Assembly: GCA_963575745.1 (NCBI GenBank)
Contig: CAUYUJ010000192.1
Location: 186,001-250,000 of the forward strand
DNA: 64,000 bases
Source of the DNA: Prorocentrum cordatum
Lineage: Eukaryota
Direction: 5' to 3'
The position numbers and the translations under genes were made by a program. Below the pieces are notes generated by a model. It worked only from the letters and a program-made list of their open reading frames with translations. It was not told the DNA's origin and made no database searches. The number at the start of each line of letters is the position of its first letter. Position 1 is the first letter of the stretch. This document shows, piece after piece, positions 1 through 12,333 of this stretch.

Positions 1-489
1 ACGGCCGGCACCGCGGCGACCGCTGCGGCTGGCTGCGAGGGCGGTGACGATCGAGGAGGAGGAAAGAACATAAGCGCAAACTTTCACGGGTCCGTGCGAC
101 CTTCCTGGATCGGAACTGGAACCCCCCTGGCGGATGCGCTCGGCGATGTCGGCGCCGATCGATTTAGTGAGATGGATAGATAGATAGACGGACAGTGAGA
201 CCAATAGATAAGTGATGCTTACATACGTGTCCTGGTGGTTGTCCCGATTTGTGTCGTCGTTTGGCCCAGACAGGAGGCCCGTTTGCAAACATACCAACAA
301 TATGTACAGGCAAATACATGTACTGTGCGCACAATTGTTGTATAACTTAGTTGGTGTGTATCTTTCGCGAGCCAAGAGATATTTGGCATGCCACTCCAAT
401 GCAATTTTCTCAGTATACGAACGTTGCGCCGCCTCCGATTGGTTGGCAAGGCAGGCCCAGGTTGGCCCCGGGAAACGCATTGACGCCAG

Positions 490-1230
490 CTCTCCTCGGG
501 GGCCCCCGCCAAAGGGCTCCAGAAGGGCCAGAAGGGAAGCTCGACAGGCCACCCGCCAAAGGGATCCATCCTCCTGGAGCCCTCTCCTCTCGGGGGCCTT
601 CCCGAAGCCCTCCAGAAATTCGGAATGGGCCCCCAGACGGCCCGAGAGGGTTCCAACAGGGCCCCCTTGGGCCGTCCAGGGGGGTGGGCCCTTTGGGTCA
701 AAATATATTGGCGCCACCTCTGGGTTCAGAGACCTTGGCTGCGTTTGCGCCTTTTCGGGGCTTGTTCGGGACTTCGGGAGCGGGTCGCGGGGGCTCGGGA
801 GGCGTCCCAGAAGGGCCCAAGAGAGACCAAAGAAAGGCTCCCGACAGTGGCACCTAGAGGGCCCTCTTGGGTGCCACTGGGGAGGTTCTCCTTGGGCCCT
901 CTTGGGCCGCTCCCTGGGCCTCTTGGAGCCTCGTTGAACTCTCTGGGGGCCCATTCGGGACTTCGGGGGGGCTTCGGCGGGGCCCCAAGAAGAAGGGCCC
1001 AAGAGGCCCCAGGAAGACTCCAAGAGGGCTCCAGGAGCGTTCCAAGAGGCCCCCCCAAGGAGGCGCAAAGTATCTGCACGAGTGTGCCTCTTTTTGTGGG
1101 CCTCTGGTCGCAATCTCGGGTCCTTTTCAGGGCCCTGTTGGGGCTCTCGTGAGCCGTCCAGGGGCCCATTTGGAATTCTTGCGGGGCTTCGGGAAGGCCC
1201 CGAGAGGGGTCCAACAGGGCCCGGGGAGGA
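490..1230. repeat. Degenerate GC-rich repeat built from ggccc / ccaagag / ctcttgg motifs in both orientations
   Basis: Recurrent gggccc, cccaagag, ctcttgg and ttcggaatgggcccccaga (inverted near 945-965). Similar motifs recur at 2270-2470 and inside the element at 61309-62120. Confidence 0.6.
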
Positions 1231-1674
1231 TGCGGCCCTTTGGCTTTGTTTTGAGCCAGTATTGCGCGGATCTAGAAATGATTGTTCCAGCCCCTCTCAG
1301 GCCGTCTCGGGGGGTGGGGGGGCGACGTGCGGGGGGGTGTGGGGGGGGGCGGCGCGACGCGGGTGAGTGAGCGTTGTCCTTGTGGGCGACGGTGGGCACG
1401 GTTGTCTTGAAGGGCCCCGTGCTCATTTGGCAGGGGCCGGGCACGACCGGCGTCCTGAGGACCGACGACGACGAGTGGCGCGCGCGCGCGCCGAGCGCAA
1501 CAGGCGTGCCCAGAGACGCCCCTGAATTAGGTGTAGTGTTTTGTCTTCTTGTTGGGAGTACATAAATATTCTGGGATTACGGAATCGCGTTTTACAACAC
1601 GTATTTCTTATACATATCTATGTATAATGGATTTGCACTTCCCAATACATTGATGATCATATTGATTCTCGTAT

Positions 1675-1691
1675 ATTATTATTATTATTAT

Positions 1692-1786
<95 letters not shown>

Positions 1787-1788
1787 GC

Positions 1789-1840
<52 letters not shown>

Positions 1841-1893
1841 GGTGTTGGTGTTGGTGTTGGTGTTGGTGTTGGTGTTGGTGATGTTGATGTTGA

Positions 1894-1926
<33 letters not shown>
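1675..1926. repeat. Compound microsatellite (ATT)n-(TAG)n-(TTG)n-(TTGGTG)n-(TTGATG)n
   Basis: Directly visible trinucleotide and hexanucleotide runs. Confidence 0.97.
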
Positions 1927-2639
1927 AGGTTTGGCGTTTTGCAGAAGTTATAATATAGGTGTTTTGCAAAATCGATCGTTGTTTCAAAACTTGTTATATA
2001 GGAGTTTTGAAAACGCTGTGGTTTGGCAGCCAGGGTTGTTTTGCAAATCGCGCGCGCCCGTATTCACCGGCGCCATATCAAGAGCCTTGGAGGGCCTGAG
2101 TAGCCCCAAGATTGGTCTAACATTGCCGCGAGCAGATCCCATGGGCGCCAGAAGGGGCCCGCGCGGGGGCCCAACACTGCCCCGCGCGCATTGCGTGATT
2201 CGGGGGCACTCTTCGGGCCCTCCAGGGTTTCCCCGTGCCCTCGCACCTCGTCGTGCAGGCCACTGGAGGGCCCCATGAGGCCAAGAGAGCTCCAAAGAGC
2301 TAGCTCCCCTCGGGGCCCTATGAAGCGCCTTTGGCCCCCAAAGGCCCCTCCCAGGGCTCTTGGAGGGCCCGGAGAGGGCTCCTAAAGGGGCCTCCCTGCT
2401 GTCAAGGACGAGGGCCGCCGTCTTGACCGCAGGGGTCCCCTCTCGGCGTCTCTTGGGGCCCTCTTGGGGCCCTGCGGCCGAACGGTGCCAACGACGACGT
2501 CTGCGAGGGCGTCGTCGGCACATTGCGCGGAGACTACAACTAGTACGATCTCGGCTTTGCCAGCGGCGAAGGAGGTACCGTTGGGTTGGTGGGTGGTGGC
2601 GCTGTTTGCCGCGCTCTTTGCGGTGGCCTCGCTGGGGGG

Positions 2640-3110
2640 CGACGCCACGAAGTTTAACAAGTCCCTTGTCGATTGACTGTCGTGGCCGTCGCGTTCTGGT
2701 TACGATGGCCGCCGACATCATCCAGCGGATGAATCTACTCAAAAGGATGCCGCCAAGCAGTTCCAAATAGCAGACGGAGGGGTTCAGGCAGAGTCCTCGG
2801 CCATGGATGCGAGCGATTTTGAGCTAGCAGATCTCGCCCATGTGGAGGTTCCAAGACATGCAGGAACTGTATGGCGCCATGTGTTACGACGGCACCATTT
2901 GGTACCAGCTTGTTTCCAGCTAGGACGAAAGGGCTGTGACCACGGGGGTGACATGCTTACTTACGTTTCTCTATCAGAGGTTGAAGGCATGGTTGTGACC
3001 GTGCTTGCGCGTTTCTCCACATGCGAGGTCAACTATGACGGCCGCTGGCGTGTGTTTACCCCACATCCTGAGGTGGTTCTTGTTTTCTCAGGACACCTTC
3101 TCCTCGGCCC
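2640..3110 (+). pseudogene. Possible decayed pogo/Tc1-like transposase fragment
   Basis: One + frame reads ...AADIIQRMNLL...*QTEGFRQSPRPWMRAIL...MQELYGAM...IWYQLVSS*DERAV..., loosely like the CENPB-HTH to DDE_1 junction (F.AS..W ... N.DET). Four in-frame stops; resemblance judged by eye only. Confidence 0.2.
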
Positions 3111-6100
3111 TCCTCCTTCTCCTTTCGCTCCTCCTCCTCCTCTTCCTCCTCCCCCTCCTCCTCTGTTTCGCAGTGGCGATTTGCTGGCGCAGGCTGGCGG
3201 TCTGGCCGTTGCCGTGGAGGCCCAGTGCGCCTGACGAGAGAGCGTGCCGTCGCTCTCGCCTCCCCCCCATCCTTCCGCCCTCCCTCCCTCCCCCCCGCCT
3301 GCGCGATCCTCCCACCACATCTACCCCGACCCAATCTAGGAGGCTTCTATCCCCCCCCGGGTCGAGGTGCCGTTGTAGTGTTCCGCGTGTGCTCGTGCGT
3401 TTTCGTGGCAGTGGAGGCTCAGAGCGCTCGACCACAGCGTGCAAATCGCCCCGTCGCCCGCCTGCCCGCCATGGGTTGCGTCGTTCGTCGCCCCTCCTGC
3501 GCCCTGTCCTACGTTCCTCTGCCCCCTGCTGCTGTTGCTCTCGCGGGTCGTCCACCCTGCAGGCTTTTTTTGGCGGGCAGGGTGTGCACGGACAGTTTTA
3601 TCTGTGCCGATTCCAGTCTGGGCCGCTCTGGCTGCACTGCGTACGGTGTGCGTACGGTGTTTTCGGTGGAGCCGTGGAGCCAACGAGCGCTCGCAGCGAA
3701 CCGCCCGCAGGCCAGGTCACCCCGTCCTCCTCCTCCTCCTCCTCCTCCTTTTATCTTGGGGGACAGCAGTGCTCCTAAAGACAGCGGCGCCTGCCCTCCG
3801 CCGAGCTTCGGCAATGGAGCTCGCCGGTCGATGGGCTCCTTCTGGCTTTGCATTTCCTACTGGCCCTTGGCTGGCATGGTTGTGTGCCTCAGGGTGGTGG
3901 GCATGAGGTTGCACCCATGTTTCAATATAGCTCGCTATCAACTTATAGCCGTGCGCGTGGTGCTTCAGTTTGCTGTATTGTACGCCCTCTGCTATTTGCA
4001 TTGGCTCCTCTGCTTCGGCATCGAGGCTTTCTGCAAGCTTGTAGTTGATCGTCCCTCCTCCCTCCTCCTCCTCCTCCTCCTCCTCCTCCTCCTCCTCCTC
4101 CGCCTCCTCCTCCCTCTTCTGTCCTCCCCCACTTGCGTTGGGCACCTCTGCGAGTCCCGCCGTCTTCACCAGTAAGGGGCACGCGCGCGCGAATTCCCTT
4201 TTAGTGGCGTGGTAGCGCCGTGCGTACTCGGGCGCTGGGCCGCCGTGGTGGCGCAGAAATTAGCAGTCCAGCTGGGTCGTCTCAGCGTGGCGCAGTCCAG
4301 CATGCGCGATCTGCCTCTTGCCACAGGGTGCGCGCTCTTGCCAGGACTTCGGCAATGCACTGCGCTGGACCTCGGTTCGGCACTTCGGCACTGCATTGAT
4401 TTTCCCAGGGGGGAAATCGTCCCCCAGTTGGGGCAGCCCCCCTGTGTTGGTGTTGGTGGCAATTTCCTTTTTGCAGCAGAGCAAAAACACACAGACACAA
4501 TTCATCAACATCGTTCGCTGAAAGTGTGAATCTCTGGCCACCAGGGGCCAAATCTGCTTTGGGCGCCTATCCAAGTTTCAGGGCTTGAGGCGGTTTTCCT
4601 TCCGGCGTGCGGGCACCGAAGCTGCTTTCGACGCCTTCCTACCCACTGTTTCTAAACACCTCTTCCGAACACTGGTCAGGTTGTCGTGGCGACGCGGCTG
4701 CGACCCCCGCGCGGTCGTGTAAGGTTGTGGACTCGAATCGGCCGATCTCGAACGATCCTGCGCGCCCGGAAAGCCGCGGTCGTTCAGGGTTCACCGGTGC
4801 ACGCGGTATCCGAGGTCAACCCCGAAGTCGCCACGACACGAGCCCGCCGTGCGTTGAATTCGATGGGGTCTCCTCCTCCTCCTCCGCCTCCTCCTCCTCT
4901 AGGGGGTCTGGTTTGATTCTCGCGTCCTGGTTGAGGTCGCGAATCCTGCTTGATTCGCAACTTTGCCTCGCCTTCGTTCGGATGCTTGTCCTGGGGGGAG
5001 TAAATTTAGCATCGGCGCCTGTACGGTTATCTGTGGTCGAAAAGTGGCCCGATCTGGCTGAACCCCGCTTCATTCCGTTCCATCTGGCATCGGGTTCGGT
5101 TTTGGGTCCAATTTGGTTTGATTTGGCCTAGATGGCTCTTCAATCGGGTAGAATAACCTTTGCCGTTTTTGAAGGCATCCCTGGAGTTGCCGCCTTTGGC
5201 GAGTTCAAACATCTACCCAGGGCGGCGTCGGTCAGGGCCCCGAGAAGGAGTTCGAAAGGTCATCCTAGCAGATGGGGTATTTGCCCCTCCCACTCGTATG
5301 GGTCGCTCGCGCCCCGCTTCTCGGTTCCCGTTTTCTGCTCGGTCCGCATTCGTTCTTCGTGGGCAAGTCAGTTCGTTCTTGCTGGTGTTGCAAGACGTTG
5401 TCTGGGCGAGGGTGCTATGAGATGGCGCTACTGTTGCTGGGACGGCACGGTGTACCCGTCGAGGAGTCGTTATCGGAAGCTTGGCGATGCAGCATATGTT
5501 TTTCAGATCGCACGAACTACAGGTCAGTCATCTCAGTGGTCAGGACGTGCTGGAAGTGTGATGTCTTGCTTAATCGAGCTTCCACGCTCACAGGGCCGAC
5601 GCCTTCGCGGACTCCGTGCGGAAGACGCTCGAGGCTTGTTGTTTCTTGCTGTGCGACCAGTCTGTTCGGTCACGTGGCGTTGTCGAATCCGTGTGTGTGT
5701 GTGTTGACATCTGTCCCGCATGTGTTTGTTGGCTTCGCCTCGCCCCAGGAGTTGTGAATTCGCCTGGCAATTGCCGGATGTGCGCGAAGGCGTGCCGGCG
5801 TTGGTAATGTGCTCGGGGGCCTGCAGCGGCAGCCATTCCGACCACACAGGGGGTCAGTCTATGCATTGATGCAACGGCTGTAGTGGGAGCACGCTTGCTA
5901 CGATCACTACGCTTGCGAGTTGTCTCCCCCAGTCCCAGGAGTGCGCTGCTGTCCCCGTCGGGCTCGAGCGTGCACGGTATGCCGAGGGCTCCCTGTATAG
6001 CGCTTCGGGGGTGGCAGGAACTCGGGTTCGCCCTCCGCCCTTGGACGGCCCCAGCGATAGTTCTGACGGCCCAGCATTCGAGAGATGTTAGCCCCGGGAG

Positions 6101-7843
6101 CTCCAGGCAGATCTCAGACTGAGTTCCGCCTTTGTTTTGTTGTTCCTGGCGGCCCCGTCGGACCAGGTCGAGTCCTCCAAACTGGAGTCTTCCGTTTCTG
6201 CGGCGCGCCCAGGGGAGAATGCAGAGCCGGCGGCGAGCTAGGGGGGGAAGTGAGAAGGAGAAGGCCTCCTCAGCAGGCGGCGGGACTTCTCAGAAGCCCC
6301 AGTGCCTTCAGAGGCGTTTTCTGCGTCCTCAAGGAAGGCGCAGAGAACTTCCCGGAAGGCCGTGGGACGTGTCCGAGCCTTCTGAGCAGGCCCGCCCCCA
6401 ATTCTCGCTTGCCCCCCGCGCCCGGTGCCGAGAATCGAGCCGCAGGAGTCGGAATGAGCCCTGCGCAGAGAGAGGAACAAACAACTGCATAAGCATAAGC
6501 ATAAGCATACACATAAGCATAAACATAACCCCCCTCGCTCGCCGCCAACAGAGGGGGCAGGCTGGCAGGCCTTCTCAGGAGGCGGCGGGGCTTCTCAGCA
6601 GCTCTCGCGCCTGGGGCCCCCCTGCATCCCCCCTGTGGCGCGCCGCCGCAGGTCAACCCGACGAGGGGCTCCTTGCCCAGACTTCGTTCACGACGGGGAC
6701 CCCAGAGTCGGGGCCGGCAAAGTGGGGGGTTATGACGTGGGGGGGAGATGTCATGGCTCTTATTTCGTTACGTCCCTGGCCCCCACTTGGGCCGCGCACA
6801 TGCCGCCAGCCAGGATTTGCGCCCCCCCCTCTTGGACGCCCCTCTCTTGGCCGACCCTGACAGAGGACTCGACCACCCCCAGGTCATCGAGGATAAAAGA
6901 ACCCCTAACCCGAAAAACATAGTGCTGCCGTGGCCTCACTGAGGCCCCCGCCTTCGCATCAGGGATGACCGATCTGGGCGGTTTGGTTTGATGCGTCTGC
7001 AGGAGAAGACACCCTATCCCCGACGTGTTTGGCCCTCCTGACTTGAGTCCCCTCCCCAAAAGGGTCTGGGGAAGGGCTGGACCTAAGCGCTGTTTTGCTG
7101 GACTTCGGCTGTGTTTTATTTTTCGTTTTGGGGAGGGAGGTACAGGAAAACAGGCAGAGCAAAGCGAAAACAAAACGAACATAAAACGAACAACAACTTT
7201 TAGGCCAGCCCTTGTTAGGGGTTCTTCTGAAGCTGATCGCCAGGATCTGCCTTCCATCCCGAGCCGTTTTGTTGACGCTCGCGCCGCGAAAGGGTTTGGG
7301 TGCACAGTGGAGGCCCATGCCAAGGAACGCCCTGCTCGCCTCCAGGGTGCCCTGGGTTCCTTGCGGCTCGATGGCTTTGCGAGGGAGAGCTTGAAGTTCC
7401 CACACCAAACAAAAATCCGTGGACGTGCTGGGCTCCTGAGGTTGGGGTTCTGGTGGAAGGTTTATTGTGGTTGGGCCCCCACTCTAGATCAGCCGCGCGC
7501 AGAAGGGGGCGGAGGGAGGGGGGAGGGCTTTTCAGATGCACCTCTGTTTCCTAGAAGACGCGGGCCTTAGATCACAGATGTAGGGGCAGCGCCTTCTAAG
7601 AGGCAGCCTCCTAAGAAGCCCTCCCCCCTCCCTCCACCCCCTTGTGCGCGCCGCCAAGCAGAGGTGGACCGCTGACGCAGCTCGGCCGGCCCGGCCTGCC
7701 TGGTGCTCTCGGAGCGCCGCCCCCTCTGGCGGAGGCCCTGCCCGTCGGCGGCGCTCACAGCTTCCGCTCGCCGAAGAAGAGCCGGCGCCGCAAGGCCGCT
7801 TCGTCGTCGGGCGTCGAGCAGTGGGGGCGCGAAAATCCTCGCG

Positions 7844-8105
7844 TTATGGAGTTCCAGCCTACTGTAGCCTTGATCACCTGAAGGAACCTTTGAGCACCGA
7901 GAGAGTACCGACACTGTTATGGAATCCCAGCCTACTGTAGCCTTGATCACCAGAAGGAATTTCGAGCACTGAGAGAGTACCGACACCAGAGGGTTTTCTC
8001 ACGTCGGGCTTTGGGAGGCGATGTTCGTCCGACATTGTTTCGATGCCTTTCTGGGTGCTCGAAATTGTTTTTGGGATGTGGGCCTTAAGTACGATGGGAG
8101 CAACA
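7844..8105 (+). repeat. ~73-bp tandem duplication leading into a dispersed repeat (second copy ~22185-22352)
   Basis: cagcctactgtagccttgatcacc...gagagagtaccgacac occurs twice in tandem. tagccttgatcaccagaa...tgggaggcgat...gggatgtgg...aagtacgatgggagcaacat recurs at ~22185-22352. Confidence 0.85.
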
Positions 8106-8129
8106 TCATCCTCGTGACTGAAAGGGTGT

Positions 8130-8296
8130 GGTGCAATAGATTTGAGCCAAGTGGATTGCAACTTCATTGCGCCAGATAACGATATTGCATTATATTGGAT
8201 TTGAAAGTATTGCACGCGAGAGTCCAACAAGACATTTGCGCGCTGGAATGTATTGCACACCCTAAGTTTATTGCAACCCCACAACTCTATTGCACC
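8130..8296. mobile_element. Small AT-rich MITE-like element with 11-bp terminal inverted repeats
   Basis: ggtgcaataga (8130-8140) and tctattgcacc (8286-8296); internal attgca motifs. Confidence 0.55.
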
Positions 8297-9017
8297 TGAT
8301 CTATTTCACCACCCCCTTTTTCGCTGGACCCCCTTCTGGGCGCGGAAACTGGGGGGGTGAAGTCAGGTGCGTCTTTTGTACCCTAACGGGGCCTCCTGGG
8401 TCGGGTCTCGCTAGAAGTGCCCTGGCCCAAGGTGCCCCCCCCGGAATTCCAAGGAGGCCCCCACGGCCTCAGCCCCCCTGACGAGGCCCAGAAGGGCCCA
8501 GGGGCTCCAAGATGGAGCGAAAAGCTGGGGGCACCTTGCGCCAGGGACTCTTTTAGCAACCCCCGACTGGGGCCCAAACGGGGCACGAAAGGTGCACGTT
8601 CCCCCCCCCCGTCCTCCCGATTGATCGCCCCGCATTAATCAACGCCTGGCGCCCTTCTTTTTGCCCCCTCTTCTTGCCCGCAGCTCTCCGTCTCGCGTGG
8701 GTCGTCGCAGGGGGAGGAGGGGGAGGAGGAGGTTGTCGTTGGCTCTTGGAGGCGATCTCGCCTCGGGATGCCCAGCAGCTGCGCCTCGTCGCGAGCTTTC
8801 CATGGGTGCCCAGGTCGTCCCGCACGGCCGCTGTGGGCCCGAAAACCACCACGGGCACCGTTTGGGCGGGATGGGCTCCAGGGGGGGTGACGCATCGACC
8901 CCCAGTCGCCCATAGATTGCCCACAGGGGCCCGATTGCCCACCCCGTCCAGGACGCTGCGGATTTGCCCTTTGAGGCCCACCGCCGATCTGTCGGCGATG
9001 TATCGCCAGTTCAAGGT

Positions 9018-9143
9018 CTTGGCATCGATCGGACGTGTGCGTGTTCCCCTCGGCGAGGACCATCGGGGAACATCCTGGACCATCCTGCGGGAAATGAACG
9101 CACGCAATCTAACATTGCACGGGGAATGGACGTCCGAGCGACG
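9018..9143. mobile_element. MITE-like family B (~125 bp); further copies 24294-24423 and, inverted, 49567-49696
   Basis: Terminal inverted repeats of the form catcgctcggacgt ... acgtccgagcga(c/t)g, with conserved interiors across three dispersed copies. Confidence 0.75.
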
Positions 9144-9976
9144 AGGAGAGGCCAATGTTTTCCCCCCTGAGCCGGTCCCCCCCCTAATCGTCCCCCCTCA
9201 ATCCTTGAAGCTTCAAGGGCCCAGAACAATAGCACGCCACAGTATCGGCCTTCCCCCTCCCCCCCTCCCCCCCCCCCCAGGACATAGTCGTGCACCCTAT
9301 GGCGATGGAAACGTTGTCCTCCCTCCCCTCTCACCAAGCAGGGCTCGAGCTGGACCGTGCTTTTGCGATTTCGTGTGCCGTCTTCGTTTTGCTGTCGTTT
9401 CGCAGCAAGGGCATGACGAAGGTGACGACGGAGCACGAACACAAAACGAGGCCAAAAGAAAAGATGCACAACAGCTTGTTCTGCTCCCGCCCTGTCTCTA
9501 GACCTGCTCCCGGGCAGCTCACGGATCACGGCGGAGGTGTGCTGTGACCTCCGGCGCTTGCGGGCCCTCGCCGTGCCCCGGTGCCGCGCAGTGGCAGAGC
9601 AGCTCGTCGCGCATCCACCGCGACGTCGGGGCAACGGCTCTGCCGCGTGCGTCTCTGGCCTCCCGGGCCAGCGCTCTCGGGCACGGCCAGGGTGGATCAA
9701 ACCGCTATGGGAAACGAAGCCTGGTGCGGGCCTCTCGTGGCGTAGGGTCAGGGGCCCCCGATTGACCCCACAGGCCCGCACAGAGAAGAAGAGCGAACGG
9801 CACGGCGCCGCCACTTGGTCTTGCCGAGGCCCCCCCAAAAGGGGGCGTGACCCACTCGGCATCGCTCGGGCGTGCGCCTTTTTTGGTCCCTCGGCGAGGG
9901 CCGAAGGGCACGCACGACGTCGAGCAACCGCAGGGCGTCCGAGCGATGGCAATCCAAGAGGAAGAAACATAAGTAT

Positions 9977-10122
9977 AAACTTTTGGCGCTCCGCGCGGAT
10001 TTCCTGGATCCGAGCAGGAGTCCCTCCGGCGGCTCCCCCAGCGCCGCGCTTGGCGCGCTCCGCGCGCCAGGGAGGGGGGTCCGGGGCAGATCCAAGAGAT
10101 CCGCGCGGAGCGCCAACAGTTT
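9977..10122. mobile_element. Palindromic MITE-like family A; copies at ~13904-14050, 15555-15725, 16170-16285, 19905-20045, 20894-20962
   Basis: Long inverted arms ggcgctccgcgcggattt..ggatc / gatcc..gatccgcgcggagcgcc around a shared ggcgcgctccgcgcgccag core; six dispersed copies. Confidence 0.8.
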
Positions 10123-11391
10123 GTAGTTATGCCGTGTTTCTTGGTTTTAGGTAAGGCCATGTTTTCCACAAGCGCCGACGAGCGCCCCGAGAGCCCAACG
10201 TTGCCGCAGCATGCTTTCCAAGGGTTCCCAGGCTGGTCGGCGTCGACAACGACAGCGTCTTCCACAAACCGACGGGGTCGGCGGATTTCCGTAGCGAGTT
10301 TGGCCTGGGCGTGCGCTTAGCTTCACATCGTCGACTAGCGTCGATACAGCGTCGATCAGCGGCTGATCAGCGTCGATTCGCAAGAGCCGACAAGATGGTA
10401 TGGGAGGCTCCTATGGGTTGCCACCGAAGATGAAGGTGGGCCTGGCCAGGGCCCGAAGGGCCCAGGGGGCCCCCAACAAGATCTCCAAATGGTGCCCCGG
10501 ACGCCTGCAGGATGGCTCGAGACGCCTGGAGGAGCTTCTGAGACGGCCCTGCGACAGCCAGAAGGCCCCGTCCCACCTAAAATTTAGAGCACAGAAGGCG
10601 TTCAGGAAATGGCGCCGGCTTTGCATTTGGCGGCGCCCACAGATAGATCAGGGGCAACGATAGGGGGGGGATAGGCATACTGGAGGATAGATCGACCCCC
10701 AATCCCATGGATCGCCGATAGGGGTTCGATAGCCTTCACCTGCCCAGGAAGGTGCGGGCTCACCATCGGGGCCCTATCGCCGATCTATCGGCGAGGTATC
10801 GCCGATTCCAGGTCGATGCATCCCCCCTTATGCCAGCCCCCCCCCGAGCCTTGCCCCTCATTAGAGGCGGCATCCGTTTTTGTATGTGTGTACGCCGGCG
10901 CTCCAGTCGATTCCTCGGGGGGGACTCAGGAAGCGGCGTCTACGCTCGGCGGCACTCGAGATTTTGCGCAGACGTGTACCAAGGCGCGTGATTTGCGGCG
11001 GGTCCAGCTTCCATACCAAATCGACTCGATCCGTCACCAAGTCAATGCGGCTGCATTGGTTCCATGTTTCCTGTGGTACTTTCCCAGGTCCGTGGATCTC
11101 TCGCCCACGCGCCAAATCCACGGATCCGCGATCCCAGGAGGGATGAGTCTCCCGAAGCACCCGAGGGGGATGAGTGTTATGTCGATTCGCGCGCACGCCC
11201 GCCCGAAGGGTATTGCATCAGCGCGCGCCCGACGCACCCGTACATCGGTGGCGAGCGAGGGGGGAAGTGAGTAGGAGAAGGCCCGCTCAGAAGGCTGCGG
11301 GACTTCTCAGAAGCCCTCTGGCCTTCCAAGAGTTTTCGGTGCGTCTTCGGGGAAGGCTTCGAAAACATCTCACTCGGCCGGGGGACGTCGA

Positions 11392-11600
11392 GCCTTCTGA
11401 GAAGGCCTTCTCCTTCTCATTTCCCCTCTCCCTCGCCGTCAACATGACCGACTGGGCCAAGCTCGGGCGCGGCTGAGACGAGGGTAAATCCGTGCCAAGG
11501 CGCTCTGGAACGCTCTCGGAGCGTTCCAGGACGCTCCGAGGAGGCCGCGGCGCCCGAGGCATCCTCCGAAGCCGCCGGATCCCAGAGATTCTCGATCTAT
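11392..11600 (+). repeat. Dispersed repeat (second copy 16288-16492), related to cttctcagaag/cttctgagaag motifs at ~6235-6390, 26970-27050 and 47590-47680
   Basis: Near-identical ctcgccgtcaacatgaccgactgggccaag...gcgttccaggacgctc...atcccagagattctcgatctat in both copies. Confidence 0.85.
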
Positions 11601-12048
11601 CCCCAGCCGATGTTGCATTTCCCCCCCCCTTCGCTCGCCGCCAAGTGTACCAGCGCGCGCCCGAAGCGCCCCACGGGGCCACGGCGGCTGCCACTCCGCG
11701 GGCGCGGGCGAGCTGTGGGGCCCGCCCCCCGGGGGCACAGCGAGGGGAGACGGGCGCTCTCCCGGCGGCACCTCTTGGGGGGAGCGGGGATCGGGGGCGG
11801 AAAAGAGGGGGGTGATGACTAGGGGGGGGGGGTAGATATCGTGGCGGGGGCCATGATATTTCCCCAGGTTTCGTGGCGCCTCTTCTTATTTCATGACGTC
11901 CCTGGCCCCCCCGCTGGGCCGCGCACGTGCCGCCGGTCATGATTTGCACCCCCCCCTCTTGGACACCCCCCTCTTGGCCGCTCCCGAGGGGAGGGGGCAG
12001 GAGTTCCTGGCCACGCGCACAGAGGGGGTCACTCTGCATGAGGGCGTG

Positions 12049-12090
<42 letters not shown>

Positions 12091-12333
12091 CAGCATAAAA
12101 AAATAGTTACGTCAATATTGTCTGGGGACTGTTTTTGTTTTGCCTATTGTTGCGCATGGATTCGGCATTTTTCCTTTTTCTCCCAAGATCCAAGTGTAGA
12201 GGGACACGCGCACAAGGGGAGGGCGGGAAGGCTCCTTAGAAGGAGGTTGCTTCTGAGAAGCCTTTCCACCTCTTCCCCGATCCCCTTTTTGCACGCTGCC
12301 AGAGTCAGGGCAACAAGCAATGTCGTACACATA

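Noticed and set aside
1249..1270. Reverse-strand SL-like sequence (tccgcgcaatactggctcaaaa)
   Set aside because: Only about 16/22 with a gap and no associated ORF; too weak to call.
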